Positions 11,894 to 25,122 of a stretch of DNA of 64,000 bases are shown here, piece by piece. Made by a program: the position numbers and the translations under genes. Position 1 is the stretch's first letter; each line of letters begins with the position of its first letter. The stretch covers positions 1,178,001 to 1,242,000 of the forward strand of contig MU058714.1 of NCBI GenBank assembly GCA_013265495.1, read 5' to 3'. The DNA comes from Vicugna vicugna. Its lineage: Eukaryota. Below the pieces are notes generated by a model, which did not search any database, was not told where the DNA came from, and saw nothing but the letters and a program-made list of their open reading frames with translations.

Positions 11894-13374
11894 GTGGGGT
11901 GCACGTGGGGCACACACAGGGCCTGTGGGCCTTGTCAGGGCGAGGGGTTGCACGCCCGTCCACCCACCGTCCCCAGCGCCTCGGCCTCAGGGACGGAGGC
12001 TGGCCCCCCGATGGGTCCAGGCAGAGCCAGGCTCCAACCTCCTGGGGGATTTTGGACAGCGGGCGCCCCGTGTTGTGGAGCCAGCAGGTTGCAGCCCCTT
12101 CCTGAGAGTCTGCCAGGGGAGCAGAAAGGCAGAGGGAGCCTCCCCGCCTGTCCCCTAGGACCCCACCTCGTAGAGGGACTCCCGACTGTCACTCTGACTG
12201 GCCGGTGGTTGCCCGCTCCCAGCACGGGCCCCAAGCCTCCGGTGGCAGACGCTGGCTGGTCCGGCATCTCAGCAGCCCTGCGGCGTGAGGCAGATGGCGC
12301 TCCGGGGTGGGAGGGGCAGCCTTGGTCACAGTTGGTAGGACCGTGTGTCCTGTGGCAGACATGACCCCGACACACCTGGTTCACCAGAACCCCGTGGACA
12401 GTTGACATAGATCAGACCCAGACGCCGCTCTGACGTCACGTGTCTCAGATGAGGAGAAAGCAGTTCCCCGGCCATCAGCAGTGGGGGTGACCCCTGGGGT
12501 GGACCCTTCGCCTTTCAAAGCCCACCCTTCCCGTCCCTACCAGCCTTCAGGGCGGCAAGCTTGAGGGCACCTCACTGCCCTGTCTGCAGTGCTCTGTGTG
12601 TGGGTGCGCGCTTTCAGCCCTGGGGTGCCGTGTCGGACACTGTTGCCTGCGAAGGCCTCAGGGTCACGCTGGGGCTGAGAGGCCGATCCTGCCTCTGGAG
12701 CAGGCCCCCCCCCGAGTGCGGTGTAGATGAGGAGGCCTTTCTCCCCCGACCAGCCTGCCCGCCCTGCCCCCCACCCCGTGCTGGTGCTGGTGGAGGGGAC
12801 GGGCAGGGCGGCGGCAGATGAGGTCTGTCATCTACTGAGTGGCAGTTGGCTGAGCGGTGGTGGAGCGCCCCCCTCTGTGCCGCTGCCACGGCCCTCACTC
12901 AAGTGTTCTGTGGTTGCAGTGGTGTAGTTCTTGCCTCTCTGTAGTGTCCCCTCCCCACGTCCCCAGTCTCATGACCGTCATCTTCAAGGATTGTCCGTAC
13001 CCGTCACCACTTCGAGGCCTTCCCCCACAGCAAGGGTGCTGCCGTGAGCCCATCTGAGTCGTTTCCAGGAGTGAGTTCCTGGGAGCCGGGGCAGGAGGTT
13101 GGGGCAGGAACACCTGTGCAGGTGTGCGTCTGTTGCTTTGTTCTGTCCCGCCTTTGTTGCAGTGTCATTTTTGCTTCCTGAAAGCCTTGACTGGTGGACA
13201 ATTCCCCCACCGCCTGGGCGGGCAGTGACACCCACAGTGTCCCCTCGGAGGGACCCCCGGGGGCTGGTTGGATGGCCTGGTGACGGGGACAGGAGACCAG
13301 CTTGTTCAGGGGTTCAGCTGCCTGCTTAGAGGGGAGGGGAGCCTGTGCACCACCCCCAAAGTGGTTTTCCTGGT

Positions 13375-13640
13375 AACAGCTGTATCGGGAGAGAATTCAC
13401 GTACTGTGCAGATCACCCCTTGAAAGCGCACAGCTCAGTAGTTTCGAGTGTACTTCGTAGCGTCGTATAACCTCCCCCCCACCCACTTGGGGTGCTCTCA
13501 GTGGCCATCAGCAGCCCCACCCCCAGCAGTGGCTGGAACAGTCCCACGTGGCCTTCTACGTCTGGCTGCTCGCCGTCGGCTGTTTTCGAGGCCCACGCAC
13601 GCGAGGACGTGGTCAGTGCTCCGCTCGTGTGTACCGTCAG
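13375..13640 (-). mobile_element. Decayed L1M-type LINE 3' fragment, approximate limits
   Basis: gagaattcacgtactgtgcagatcaccccttgaaagcgcacagctcagtagtttcgagtgtacttc and gtggccttctacgtctggctgct resemble the antisense old-L1 3' end; recognised by eye only. Confidence 0.55.
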
Positions 13641-14349
13641 GAATCTGTGCTGCTTTCTCTTTTAGGGCCCCATACTCAGAGGCTCCACGCTGAGCCGAAG
13701 CCCTCAGCCTGGACGAGCTGGCCCTGCTGCCATCAGGGTCTGTGCCCGTCCAGCGCGTCCTGCAGCAGGGAGGGACGTGCTGGCGTCGTTCACTTCCACA
13801 CATGCCCGAGTCATTGTGACTCTGCTACCTCTGGTCCCCAGCGGCGCAGCCCCCTCAGCCTGCCAGCTCCCTCCACCCACTGCAAAAGCTCTCTCTCCAA
13901 GAGAGCCCTGACCCCCCTCTTGGCCTCCAAGGCGGCCCGTGCTCCACTCTGGGCCGAGAGGGCGGGCCCTGCAAACCCAAGTCTTTCTGCACAGGTAGTT
14001 TGGAGGATCTTCTCTCCTGCAGGAGGCCTCCCATTCGTCCCCTGGCTTGGCGAGGCCGGCCACGTCCTCCCTGGCCTCCTGGGGCCTTGGAGACGTCCAA
14101 TGGTGACCTTTCTTCCTGTGTCCGAGGGCCACCCCACAACCGAGCCTTCCCTCTGCCCTTTCTCCTCAGCACAGCTCTGCTGCCCTGTGAGGCCCGGTCA
14201 CCCCCACTTCTCACTCGTGCCTCCCAGAACTTGTAGCAGCTCCTCTTCACTCAGGTGCCTGCAGATGGACCATGGCTGGCCTGTCCCCCCCATCCGGGCA
14301 CAACCACAAGGCCCTGGCAGTCAGATTTTGGTATGGATACCAGCTGTGC

Positions 14350-14428
14350 CCCTGTGCACAGGCCGGGTGGTCACAGTGAGCTCCTTCACCTCTCTGAGCC
14401 TCAGTTTCCCCCTTTGTAAGGTGGGCAC
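14350..14428. mobile_element. MIR SINE core relic
   Basis: cacctctctgagcctcagtttccccctttgtaaggtggg matches the MIR core ctgagcctcagtttcctcatctgtaaaatggg. Confidence 0.65.
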
Positions 14429-17297
14429 CTGCGCCTTCCTCCCTCTCCTGAGCAGCAAGGGCACCGGGGCCTGGATGAAGCAGCTTCCCTCCTCTGTCCC
14501 ACCTCCATCATTGCTTCTCCTTCTCCTCCCCCACCTTTTCCACCTGACTCGGCCTCCTGAGGGTTTCAGTGCAGTGATTCTTTTCCAAGTAACGGCACTT
14601 CTCTCTGGGAGGACTGGGGCTGTGTTCCACCCTGCCCCTCTTGGCGCCCGACGCAGGCGGGTCACACGGAGACAGCCAGCATGTGCCGCTGTTCCAGTCA
14701 TCTTGCTAAGGGGAGGTCCAGCCAGCGTGGTTTTTGCTCTCTGGGGGCGTGGAACCCGAGAGGCCAGGCTGGGGCTGCCGTGGAGCCCCTCTCCCCACGT
14801 CTGCGCTGGAGGGGTGGGTGCCTGGTGCGCTCTGAGCTGGCAGAAGGCGCGCTGGCCTCCTGTCTGGTGGACGTTCCTGGCCTGCCTGGTGGCCTTGTTG
14901 AGATGCCCAGCCCCCCCGGAGCAGCTGAGGGCACCTTGGCACCTGGGGCTGCTCCTTCTGGTTCTTGCAGGTGTTGCAGACCTGGCCGGGAGCCGGGGCT
15001 GGCTCTGCTTTGAGGTGTAGCCACCTCTCTCAGTGCTGGGAGGGTGTGGCAGCCCCGCCCCTCCGGCGTTTCCCGGGAGGAAATGCCTGGGCTGAGCTGG
15101 CCCCGCCCCTTCATAGAGGCCCCGCCCCTCGGCAGGAAGCCCCGCCCTGGCCTGGGAGCCGGAAGCCTTGGCTGAGGTCCTGCTAGTCCCAGGAAGTGGC
15201 CTGTTCAAGACACTCTTTTCCTGAGGAAGAGCAGGAGTCTGCTTTTCCTGTCTGTCTCTGTGTCTTTGAGTGGCTGATCCCCAGCTCTGACGCGGGCCAC
15301 TCTGGTAGTGGACCGGCCATCAGGGCAGCTCCATCCAGGCTATAGTTTGTGGCCCCGACCTGGAGAGCCTGGCCCCGCCTGGGCCCGCAGGACGTCGTGG
15401 CTATTAGGCCTGCCAGCTTCGAGGCAGACATGCCCACGCACTGTCATCTGTCGGGGCGGGATCCTGACCTGTTGGGGCCCCTCGGGAGGTGGGGACTGAC
15501 CCCCAGAGGCAGTGTGACCTGAGTGCTGAGCCCCCGGCTCCAGTGGCCTCCCCTGCTCCCTCAGAGCCTCCTTGTTTCTGCAGGGCCTCTCAAACTCGGG
15601 GGTCTTCACCAGGGGCCTGAGCCATGTGTGGCCCAGTGGGCAGTACATGCAGGTGGGGGTGGCCCTGGGCCCCACGTCTGGCACAGGGAGCCCCGCCCAG
15701 GTGTCCTCGAGCCGCAGAAGCCCCTGGCCTGACTCAAGCTACCTGCACCTCTTGGCAGAGGAGGTAGGCTTCCCGGCCTTCTGGAGCCCATGCGACTCTG
15801 GTTTCCAGGTGTGGAGACGCTGCCCGGGTCTCCTGTGTGTGGGTTTGGGCGTGGGCTTGCTCCGTGCTCCTGAGATGGGTGGTCTTTCTGGAGTCGCTCC
15901 CAGGGATCGTGTGCCTTCTGGAGCCCCTGGCCCACATGTTGCCCCTCCCAGTCTCGGGCTTAGTGTGTGTAGGACACTCACCAGGGAGGGTGGAGAGGCT
16001 GCCTGGGTGCCCACCAGGCAGGGGGTGGACCCTTGGAGCTGCTACACGCCTCCCTCAAGGCCTCTCTGTTGCCAGGCATGGCCAGTCTCATCCCCCTGGG
16101 CCAGCGCCCATGAAGCACTGAAGACAGGCTGTGTCTGGTGGTCACTGTCCATGGAGTGGTGAAGGGGGTGGGGGAGCTGATCAGACCTGCCCTAGGGGGA
16201 GGAAGAGGGAGCGTGTCCATCTGTCCGTCTGTGACAGGGTCCCCGTGAGTGAGACTGGGTCAGTGTCAGCCATTTTGGGGAACTGCTGATAATTGAGACT
16301 GTGTTTTGGGACTTCTACAAAAAGAATTGAGTTTTTTTTTTTTTAAAGAACTGATTTTAATTATAGGTCGGGGAACAGGCACTTAGGCATTTGGGGCACA
16401 AACTAGGACAAGGGTTCTGTCTGGAAGTAGCGAACTCACCAGGTGCTGACCTCACGGCCGAAGTCGCTGCCCGAACCTCCAGGGATTGCCAGATTCACTA
16501 GGCCAGGTGCCAACAAGAAACGCCCACCTGTGTGGAGGGGGCTCCAGGGGACAGGGTGTGGTGACAGGCCTCACCCAGCAACTTGTCTCTTTGGCCCAGG
16601 GTCCCCTCCCCTGGCACGCAGGTGTGAGTGGTCGTGCTGTAGCCTGACTTCCGGGTTCTCAAAGCTTTGGGGTCTCTCTTGGGCACCTGGCTCCCCGCTG
16701 GTGAGTGGTTTCTAGGACTTCTGACCATCAGAGCCTGAACGGTCTGGGCGGGGGTGTGGCTGGTGCCAAGGGCTGTCCCAGGGCACTGCGGGGAGCGGTG
16801 CGGGCAGGGCTGGGCAGGGTGCGCGTCTCCCGGTGCATCCTGAGGGACTCGGTGAGGAATTCTCCCGTTTTGCTTTCCGTTGGCCCCACCCCCAGCCCAA
16901 CTCCGATTAGAACAGACTGAACACAAGCAGGAGCCCTTGTGCTCCAAGGGGCACCTTGACTGTTAACACCACAGCGGTTGTTTGTGCCTTCGGGAATTCA
17001 CTGGGGTGTGTGGCCGGACGGGGTGTCCTTCCCACACCGAGTGCCGGCACTGAGCGCCGAGGGAGGAGCCGGCAAGCCCGCAAGCAGGTGAGGGCCCAGG
17101 AAGAGAGGGCAGGAGGCAGGTGGCTGGGCCTGGGGGCAGGCGTGGGGCAGGGGTCACCCCCAGTGTGGTCCAGACCTGGTGGATGGAGCTGGAGAGCCAG
17201 GGCCTGGAATGTCCCTGCTGGCCCAGCTCTAGTTCTCTGCAGCCAATCCAGGCAGGCTCCTGCTGTTGGGAGAGCAGAGGGCCTGACCCGAAGCCCA

Positions 17298-17367
17298 NNN
17301 NNNNNNNNNNNNNNNNNNNNNNNNNNNNNNNNNNNNNNNNNNNNNNNNNNNNNNNNNNNNNNNNNNN
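17298..17367. other. Assembly gap, 70 N
   Basis: Run of n in BAIAP2 intron 6. Confidence 1.
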
Positions 17368-20300
17368 CAGGGTTGAGGTTGCCAGGGGCCCAGAGCCACT
17401 CTGATCCACTTCCCCATTCCCTCCCTGAGAAGCAGAGAGCGGAGCCTCGACTGTACCTGTTGAGGGACACGGGCTGTAGCTGGGGCCTGGTGGTCCCGTC
17501 CGTCTGCTCCCCTCCCTGGGTTCCCTCATTCCGGGAGGCATCCAGATTGCCTTCCGAGAAAGGGGAGAGACGCTTCTATTTAAAGGGGTGTGTAATTAAC
17601 AAAGCAGAAACAAAATAACCATAATTTAGATCTTCAAGAAAGATCACGGCAGGAGCTGGCCCGTGGACGGGTGCAGTTTGACGGCAGTGGTTCAAGCCTC
17701 TCTTGTGTCTGCTGTTCTCATTTAAAAAGCTCTTCAGTGTGAAAGGCAGTCTGTGGACGAGACACCGCGACCCAGCAGCGGGGACATCTTTCTTCAGAGT
17801 TAAATCAGTTAAGGGTCTGTCCGCCTGGAAAAAAATGAGAAGCCAGAGGCCGCTGCACCCTCTCAGGACCGCTGTGTACAGAGGACACAGCGTTAGGACA
17901 CTCAGGGTCCTCTGGGGGACTCTGCTCCCCTCCATGACCACCCCCAGGTCCCCCGATGGAGCCGCATGGTGGGCTGCCTGCCTGGACAGCACCAAAGGAA
18001 GTCTGGAGCTGCTCCCGTCAGAGCTAGGAAGGCCTTCGAGGGCAGCGCCGGACACAGATCTCCTGAGAACTGGCTGTGTGAAAAGTGCCCAGAACGGCAG
18101 GTGCAGCTGCTTTAATAGCGCGTTTTATCAGCTGGGTGTGTGTAGAACGCCACGTTAGTGCGTAGACCCTGTTGAGATGTTCTGCATCCTGCTTCCCCTC
18201 CTAAGTCTTTGAAGTTGGATGTGACCTGCTCACCTCCCGGGTCGCGTTCGGCAGGGGCTGCCCTGCCGGGCAGAGCTGATCTGGACCATCTGGGCCCTGG
18301 CTTTCCAGACGGAGAAATGGAGACCCAGAGGGTCCAGAGACTTGGCGGGGTTCACCCAGCAAGGTGGGCGTGGAGCCCAGGCCCCAGGGAGCAGACCCGT
18401 ACGACAGGGATCCTGGAGGTGTGGTGCGCTCCCTGGCGGTCGCCCAGAGTCTTGGCTCATTGTGCTCATGGTTTGGTGAGACCTGTCCCCATGGGCCTTG
18501 GAGGCAGGTTGGTCTGTGGGCCTCAGGCCTTTGTAGCACGTCCAGCCCACTGATGTGGACAGAAGTGGCCCCACGCTCTCTCCTGGGAGTCTGGCGTGGG
18601 GAGGCCATGGGCACGCATCTCCCACGACGTGCTTCCTGGATGCTGGCGTCTCAGTACCCCAGGCAGGGCGGGGCAGTGGGATCTGTTTGGTCCCAGACCC
18701 GCCAGCCGATCTGATGATAGCCGTGGCCCTTTCTCAGGGAAGCCGGAGCCCTGGGCCCTCAGGCCCCTGACGCCTGCCAGAGAGACTCTGCCCTTTCTGC
18801 CAAGGATGTGGGCAGGAGGGCGCGGTTACCTCTGTTCAGCCCGGGCCTGAGTCTTGCTCTGAGCCCTTCTTTAAATGAGATGGAAGGGTTCTCCAGCAAT
18901 CCACTGCCACAGCTCCCACCACGCTCCCCCTGCAGGCCCTGGGCCGGCCTCCCTGTTCTGGGCCTGGGTTGTCGGGTCCCTCAGACCAGGGAGGGGGCAC
19001 AGGCCTGGCCAGCAGGTGCCCGGTGACCGAGTGCCGTTTGGGGGCATCAGATTCCTGATGCTCCTTCCTGTGCGTCCCAGCTAGTCAAGTCCCTCATCCT
19101 TGCAGCGCTGGTTCCCAGCGTTGGTGGGGCTTTGAGGAACGTGGGAAAGCCACCATGGGGAGACCGAAGCCAGCGCCCCTCCCCCACCTCTGAGTCACTT
19201 GCTCCGGAGAGGAGAGGAGACACGTGTTCTGACCACTTTTGTCTTCTCGGATTACAGGGCTGTTCAGCCCAGGGTGACTAAGTGGGCGCGTTCTGTGGGT
19301 CTTAAATGCTTTCAGCTGGGTGTTTCTATAGTGCCGTCGCCATGGCACCCGCTAAGCTGGAGCCGGGCGGGGGGTGGGCAGGGACGGCTGTGGCTTCTCC
19401 CGCGGCTTCTTGTTAAGTCACTGGGGTGTGGGGTCACGCATGTTCTGTCCTCTGCGCTTTCCAGAAAACGTGCACACTCCTGCATCTTGGGGGTGTCCCT
19501 ATCCACAGCGGCCAGGGGGCCTGGAGCCTGCGGGGTAGGGCGTCCTTCTGTCCCTCGCCTTCAAGGCCTTCGCTCCTCTCTTGGCCTGAATTTCCAGTAT
19601 CTGCCCCGTGAAGTGGTGGCTTCTATCCGTGAGGAGCTGGTGTCCTGGAAGAGGAGTCAGGAGGACCGCTGTTCCTCAGCAGCAGGGCATGCGTGTGTCC
19701 CGGCCGGGGTGCTGGGTGTGGGGGCCCCCAGTGCCCATGGCCCCCCTCAGGCCAGCCATCTCTTGGGGGCCGCCAGGGTGGCTCTCCTGCCCACACTCCG
19801 GTTACCCCGCCTGAGACCTGGGCCACTGTCGGGCCTTGTTTGAATAAATGGAAATCTTAAAAGTAAGCCACCGCTCCTTGCCCTGGCACAGGAGGCCGCC
19901 AGGCATCTAATGAGGCCAGCGCCCTGCGCCTGCATGTCCAGCGCTGGCTTCCCTCCCCTCCAGGGAGCACGGGCGTTGATGTGAAAGACGGTGCCGCAGC
20001 CTGAAAACCCAGAAACTGTCTGCAGGACGACGGGGACACCGGGCGGCTCGGGGAGGAGCTGTGCTCAGCAGCCGGCTTGGGGCGGCCAGACCCCGGGGGC
20101 CCACGTCCTGGTTTGCGCCGCTGTCCTGGGACGACCGCTCACAGAGGCGCCCCTCCCTCCTCGAAGTCCCTGTTCAGGTGGCAACTAGGCCTTCTAAGCG
20201 CCTCAGCCCGTCCCGCCCGGGCGTGGGGTCTGCACATGCCTGGCTCACCCTGAGTCCCCAGCTCCCAGGCCTGGCTGGCCTTGGAGCAGCCCCAAGGGGG

Positions 20301-22102
20301 AGTGGGAGGTGGGGACACCACGAGGGGCCTGGGTGGGGCTTCCTCTGAGGGTTAAACCCTGAACTCCTTTCAGAACCTCGCAGAGACTTCTCATGAGCCT
20401 TCCCTTAGGGGGCTCCTGGGACCCCAGCCGAGCCCGTGTGTGGGGTTGGGCTAAGGCAGGTATCCCTGTCCGGGGCTGGTTGGAGCCTGTAAGGCCACGT
20501 CCATGTCCGAACGTCCCCTGGAGGGGAGAGAACAGCCACAGAGCAAAGCGAGCGTGGGGCCCTTGGGGGCTTCACCCCAGCACTGGGCGTTGCTTGTTTC
20601 GGCGACAGGGGAAGGAGTGTTCATCAGTGTCCCTTCTCTGAGCAAGCCCTGTCCCTTCCAGGCCCTTCTGTCCAGGAGTGTTTCCGCCCCCAGGCCTCCT
20701 GTCCTCACAGGCACCCCAGGGGTCTGAGCCAGCTCCTGGGTGGCATCTGAGGGCTCCCCCCACAGCGTGGCCTCGCCCACCATGCCCTCCACAGGCCCCC
20801 AGCAGCACCCCCGATCTGCAGGCGCACCCCCACTTCCCAGAGGAGCCGTGGTTCAGGAGGTTGTGCGGCAGCGGGGGCAGGAGGCACTGGCATGTTTAGT
20901 AACCGGGAGAAGAGCTCCCGGAGCCTCCAGGCTGCCGCGGCGGGCGCAGGGAGAGGGGTGAGGAGCAGGCCCGGCCCAGAGCCCGCTGGACACCCCCTGC
21001 CCTGGAGACCTCTCCCCTCAGACATTTCTCAGGCACTCGGGCCCCATGGTCATAGCCGTGACCCTGCCGCTCCCTCGGGTGGGTAGTGGGCTGGCCACAT
21101 TGAGGCCGTTTAAGCTGTTCTCCCAGGACGCGGAGGTGGGATTCAGTGTGGGAGGCGAGGTGGTCTGCAGAGCAGAGGGAGCAGGGTCCCAGTTCTGGTG
21201 ACAGCACACAGCGCAGGGCAGGCCGTGCCACGGTGTTGTGCTCAGGCTGGCAGAGCCAGTGCGCTGGTGACAGCCTAGGGGCCGAGCCCACAGCCGGCAG
21301 GCAGGCTAGTCCTCACCCCCCAGCTGAGCGCTGCTGCCCACCCACACGGTGTCAGAGCTGCAGGGAGGCCGCACCCTCGCGGCCCGGGCCTGCCCCTGCC
21401 GGAGGACGGGGCTCGATTCTGGAAAAGTTGCTCCCAGACAGAGACCCCAGGGCTGGGGTGTCTGCGCACCTCGTGGACGGTGGGTGCAGAGGGGAGGGGA
21501 GACAGGAGGGAGCTGAAAGGGCCCTGTGCCCACTGGAGCCCCCGGGGCTCGACGGGTGTGCACACAGACGCTGAGGGGGCTCTTTGGGCCCTGACGGTGC
21601 GTGTCGGGGCTCCTGCCTCCCATGACAGCTGCCCAGGACTTTACCAAAACTTCCAGCCTGCAGAACGTTCCACTGTGGCCCAGCGTCAGGCAGTGTCTTC
21701 TGCGTCTGCATCCTCTGCCCACCCCTGTGGGATCTGGGTGTGAATTAGTCATCTCAACACACCACGCAGGCTGAGCATTCCTGATGCACCAACCATTGGG
21801 GTGGCTTTCGGTGGTTGGAATTAGGATCCACTGGAAGTGCTATGCCGCCCCCAGGCCTCACTGAGTTATCCGCCAGTGTGGTCTCTACATGTGCAGCCGC
21901 CAGGGCTCAGAGGGGCCAGGGAGCCAGGGGGCAGTGACACAGCAGGGCACACTTGTGGCCGGAGTGAGTCACGTGGCCAAGCCCCCCACCAGTGGGCCGG
22001 CTGGGAGGTGGCACGCTCCACTTGTGTGGGGCTGCCCAGAACTGGAGGTGGGTGGATGCTGTCCTGCCGAGGGCTCACCTGCCTGCCCTCCCTCCCCCTC
22101 AG

Positions 22103-22255
22103 TACATCGATGCGATCGGCAACAAACAGGGCGAGCTGGAGAGCTACGTGTCGGACGGCTACAAGACTGCCCTCACCGAGGAGAGGAGGAGGTTCTGCTT
22201 CCTGGTGGAGAAGCAGTGCGCCGTGGCCAAGAACTCCGCCGCCTACCACTCCAAG
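22103..22255 (+). CDS. BAIAP2: BAIAP2 exon 7: YIDAIGNKQGELESYVSDGYKTALTEERRRFCFLVEKQCAVAKNSAAYHSK
   Basis: ccctcag|tac...aag|gtgagg; 153 nt. Confidence 0.97.
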
Positions 22256-23479
22256 GTGAGGTGCTCACTCTGTGTGGGGCCAGGCATGCCTCTGCAGACA
22301 CAGGCTGCTTCCCCCAGGGAACTCGGGGTGCCCAGCCTTGAGGTGTGATGAAAGCACCATGCCCAGTGCCCCATGTGTTTCGTCCCGACCCCAGGGAGAG
22401 TTGGGCAAGGAAGAGTTATCAGGTCAAGGGTACAGATGTTTTAATATTAGAACTTGCTTTGGGGTCTTTGTGAGAGCAGTTACCCTGATAGCCCACTACG
22501 AGGGCTTCCCCCAGGCACCCCTCCCCGCCAGAGCCAGCGAGCCCCAGAGGACACTGGCTCCCCTGCAGGGATAGGCAGCTTCAGTGGACCTTCTGTTCCC
22601 CATAGTCCACAGGCAGATCTGGGGTCGGGTCAGCCCTGTGCGCTGGGACATACCAGAACGTTCTGAGAGAATAGATGTGGTCAGGCAGCTGAGCCAACCA
22701 GGGAGGCCCTGGTTTGGGTCCTTTTTCCATAAGGGGTTCTGCGGGTCAGCAGGGTTCGTGCGCCTCACATGTGTGCTTGATCTGGCTCAGCTTGTGGTTG
22801 CCTTGGCCTGGCCACCAAGGAGCCAGGCCCTCCCTCCGTGGAGAGGCCCCTGCTGCTGGTGCTGGCCTGAGGGCCCTCACCACAGGTGTTAGGCAAGGAC
22901 AGCAACTGGACCTGTGTCCCTGCAGGTCGTGGTGGGGCCACCCTGCTAAGTGGCTTTGCGTCCGGGGCCTGTGCCAGGAGGGCTCGCTGGCAGCAGGACG
23001 TGGGAGGGGCCCCGTCGCTACCTGCACCGCCGGGCGTGCACCTGCTGCCAGCCGCAGTGTTCCAGCAGCAGTGGCCGCACTGCCACGCAGCCCCAGGCAG
23101 GGCTGCAGCAGGGCATGTGCGCCCTCTGGTGGCGGCTGGGCCTGCGGCTGGTCAGGGAGCGCGCGGGCTCGTCCATGCGGTTGGAGGACAGAAAAGCCGT
23201 CCTGCCCCAGGACGCCACCGCCCGCTTTCTTGGGGAGCTGACAGCGCGTGAGCGAGACTCGATAGGCAACTTCCCAGGGAGCTGGACCCCAGCCCCCTGG
23301 GGGGTTAGAAAGAGGCAGGAGCCCCAGGCTAGGGCGCCAGGGCTTGAGGGCAGGACCCCCATCCCCAGCAGCTGGCCACCGGCATTTCCCTGGGGCGCAG
23401 CTCCAGGCCCTGCAGCACCGTGGCCGTCAGCACCTGGTAGAGCCCTGGGCTGCACCCTCACCCTGGGTTGCCCTGGTTG

Positions 23480-23652
23480 GGGCTGGGTCCCTGCTGACCC
23501 GCTTTCTCCTCAGCCAGAGTAAACGTTTTCTGTTTTGGCCACTGCACACGGAAGCTGCCACAGATGTGTAAACCACGTAGGTGTGGCCGTGGTCCTCAAA
23601 CCTTATTTACGGGTGGGCAGCCAGCCCTCAGGCCGTAGTTTGCTGGCCCCTG
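23480..23652 (-). mobile_element. MER58A-like hAT-Charlie MITE relic, approximate limits
   Basis: ccttatttac...caggccgtagtttgctggcccctg matches the MER58A terminus, followed by gtctaaac (Charlie-type target site); recognised by eye. Confidence 0.6.
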
Positions 23653-24582
23653 GTCTAAACCAGCAGGTGGTGGAAAGGGCCATGGTCTGCTCAGAAGGGC
23701 TGTTTGTCCAGCATCGTCCAGTCTTCCCATGTGGGTGCCCCTCCCTGCCCCAGACACAGGTCGGAAGAAGTGGGAAGCAAAGGGAGAGAAGCAGTGAGGG
23801 CTGGACAGCCTTTTCCAAGGTCTTGGAGACCGTGATTGTTCCAGGCTGGGGGTAGCTCCGTCCAGCGGGCCTGGGGTCTGCAGTGGGACATGGGTTCTAT
23901 CACCTGCTGCAGGTATGGTAGCCCAGTTGGGCCAGCAGGCCTGGATCTCCCCATGCTCGAAAGGGCTGCAGGGGATCTCGGCTGGCGTCTCACTTCTGGC
24001 TGTACCCTGCCCCGGGCCCCTCTCGAGGCCGTGGTTTCCTTGTCTTCTGTCAGCCCTTGTGCTTGTCTGGCCGCCTGTGTCCTGGGCAGGCCCTGGTGGG
24101 CTCTCGGGCCCGAGTGGGGGCCTGACCCTCAGACCTGCGAGGGTGGTGTTCTTCCCAGCATCTCGCGGTTTGTCCACAAAGGCTGCCTGCCCCATGGCTG
24201 ACCACGTGGTCACCTGTGCATGTCAACATCCTTGGGCTCTTGAGGAGGCCCCCGCCCAGGGCAGGCCTTGGTTTGATCGCATTCCTGGGGAACCCTTGAC
24301 TGCACGGCTCACTGCCCTGCACCCCTTTCCAGGGTTGGGGCTCCAGGCCCCACAGGTGGCTGAGCCGGCTGTGGGGTGCCCCGCTTGGTGAAGAGCAGCC
24401 CGGGCAACGCCCCCTCCCGGGTAGGCGTGTCTCTTTAGAAGCCTCCGGTGCTGCCGAGGGGGAGGGCGTATCCGTGACTGAGGTCGGTTGCAGGCCCTGT
24501 GCGTAGGCCCTCCCAGCCCTGCCCGGCTGCAGGAGCAACGGCCGGCCCTCGCTCCCACCCACCGTGTTTACCTCCACTTCAG

Positions 24583-24807
24583 GGCAAGGAGCTGCTGGCG
24601 CAGAAGCTGCCCCTGTGGCAGCAGGCCTGCGCGGATCCCAACAAGATCCCGGACCGCGCCGTGCAGCTGATGCAACAGGTGGCCAGCAGCAACGGCTCCA
24701 TCCTGCCCAGCGCCCTGTCGGCCTCCAAGTCCAACCTGGTCATCTCGGACCCTATTCCGGGGGCCAAGCCCCTGCCAGTGCCCCCCGAGCTGGCCCCGTT
24801 TGTGGGG
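24583..24807 (+). CDS. BAIAP2: BAIAP2 exon 8 (end of IMD, partial CRIB/proline-rich region): GKELLAQ...ISDPIPGAKPLPVPPELAPFVG
   Basis: cttcag|ggc...ggg|gtaagt; 225 nt. Confidence 0.97.
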
Positions 24808-24920
24808 GTAAGTCCTTGCTCTGGAAAGCTTTCCAGGCGTGGCGGGTTGGGGCTCTCCACGTGGCCTCGCCAGGCCAGGCTCTCCTGCCACACCGCGCCT
24901 CTGCTGCCTCTTCTCAACAG

Positions 24921-25122
24921 CGGCTGTCAGCCCAGGACAACGCGCCTGTCATGAACGGCGTCTCGGGCCCGGACAGCGAGGACTACAACCCTTGGGCTGA
25001 CCGCAAGGCGGCTCAGCCTAAGAGCACGCCCCCTCTGCAGTCGCAGGGCAAGCTGAGCGACTCCTACTCCAACACGCTGCCCGTGCGCAAGAGCGTGGCG
25101 CCCAAGAGCAGCTATGCCGCCA
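24921..25122 (+). CDS. BAIAP2: BAIAP2 exon 9: RLSAQDNAPVMNG...SYSNTLPVRKSVAPKSSYAA
   Basis: caacag|cgg...gcc a|gtaaga; 202 nt. Confidence 0.96.

Noticed and set aside
13548-15020. 490-aa + strand ORF in BAIAP2 intron 6
   Set aside because: Starts inside an L1 relic and crosses a MIR; composition is P/L/A/G-rich with no recognisable domain, typical of GC-rich noise.
16907-17618. ORFs spanning the N run
   Set aside because: Artefacts of the 70-nt assembly gap.
19843-19848. Intronic AATAAA in BAIAP2 intron 6
   Set aside because: A lone hexamer is expected by chance, and there is no associated terminal-exon evidence.
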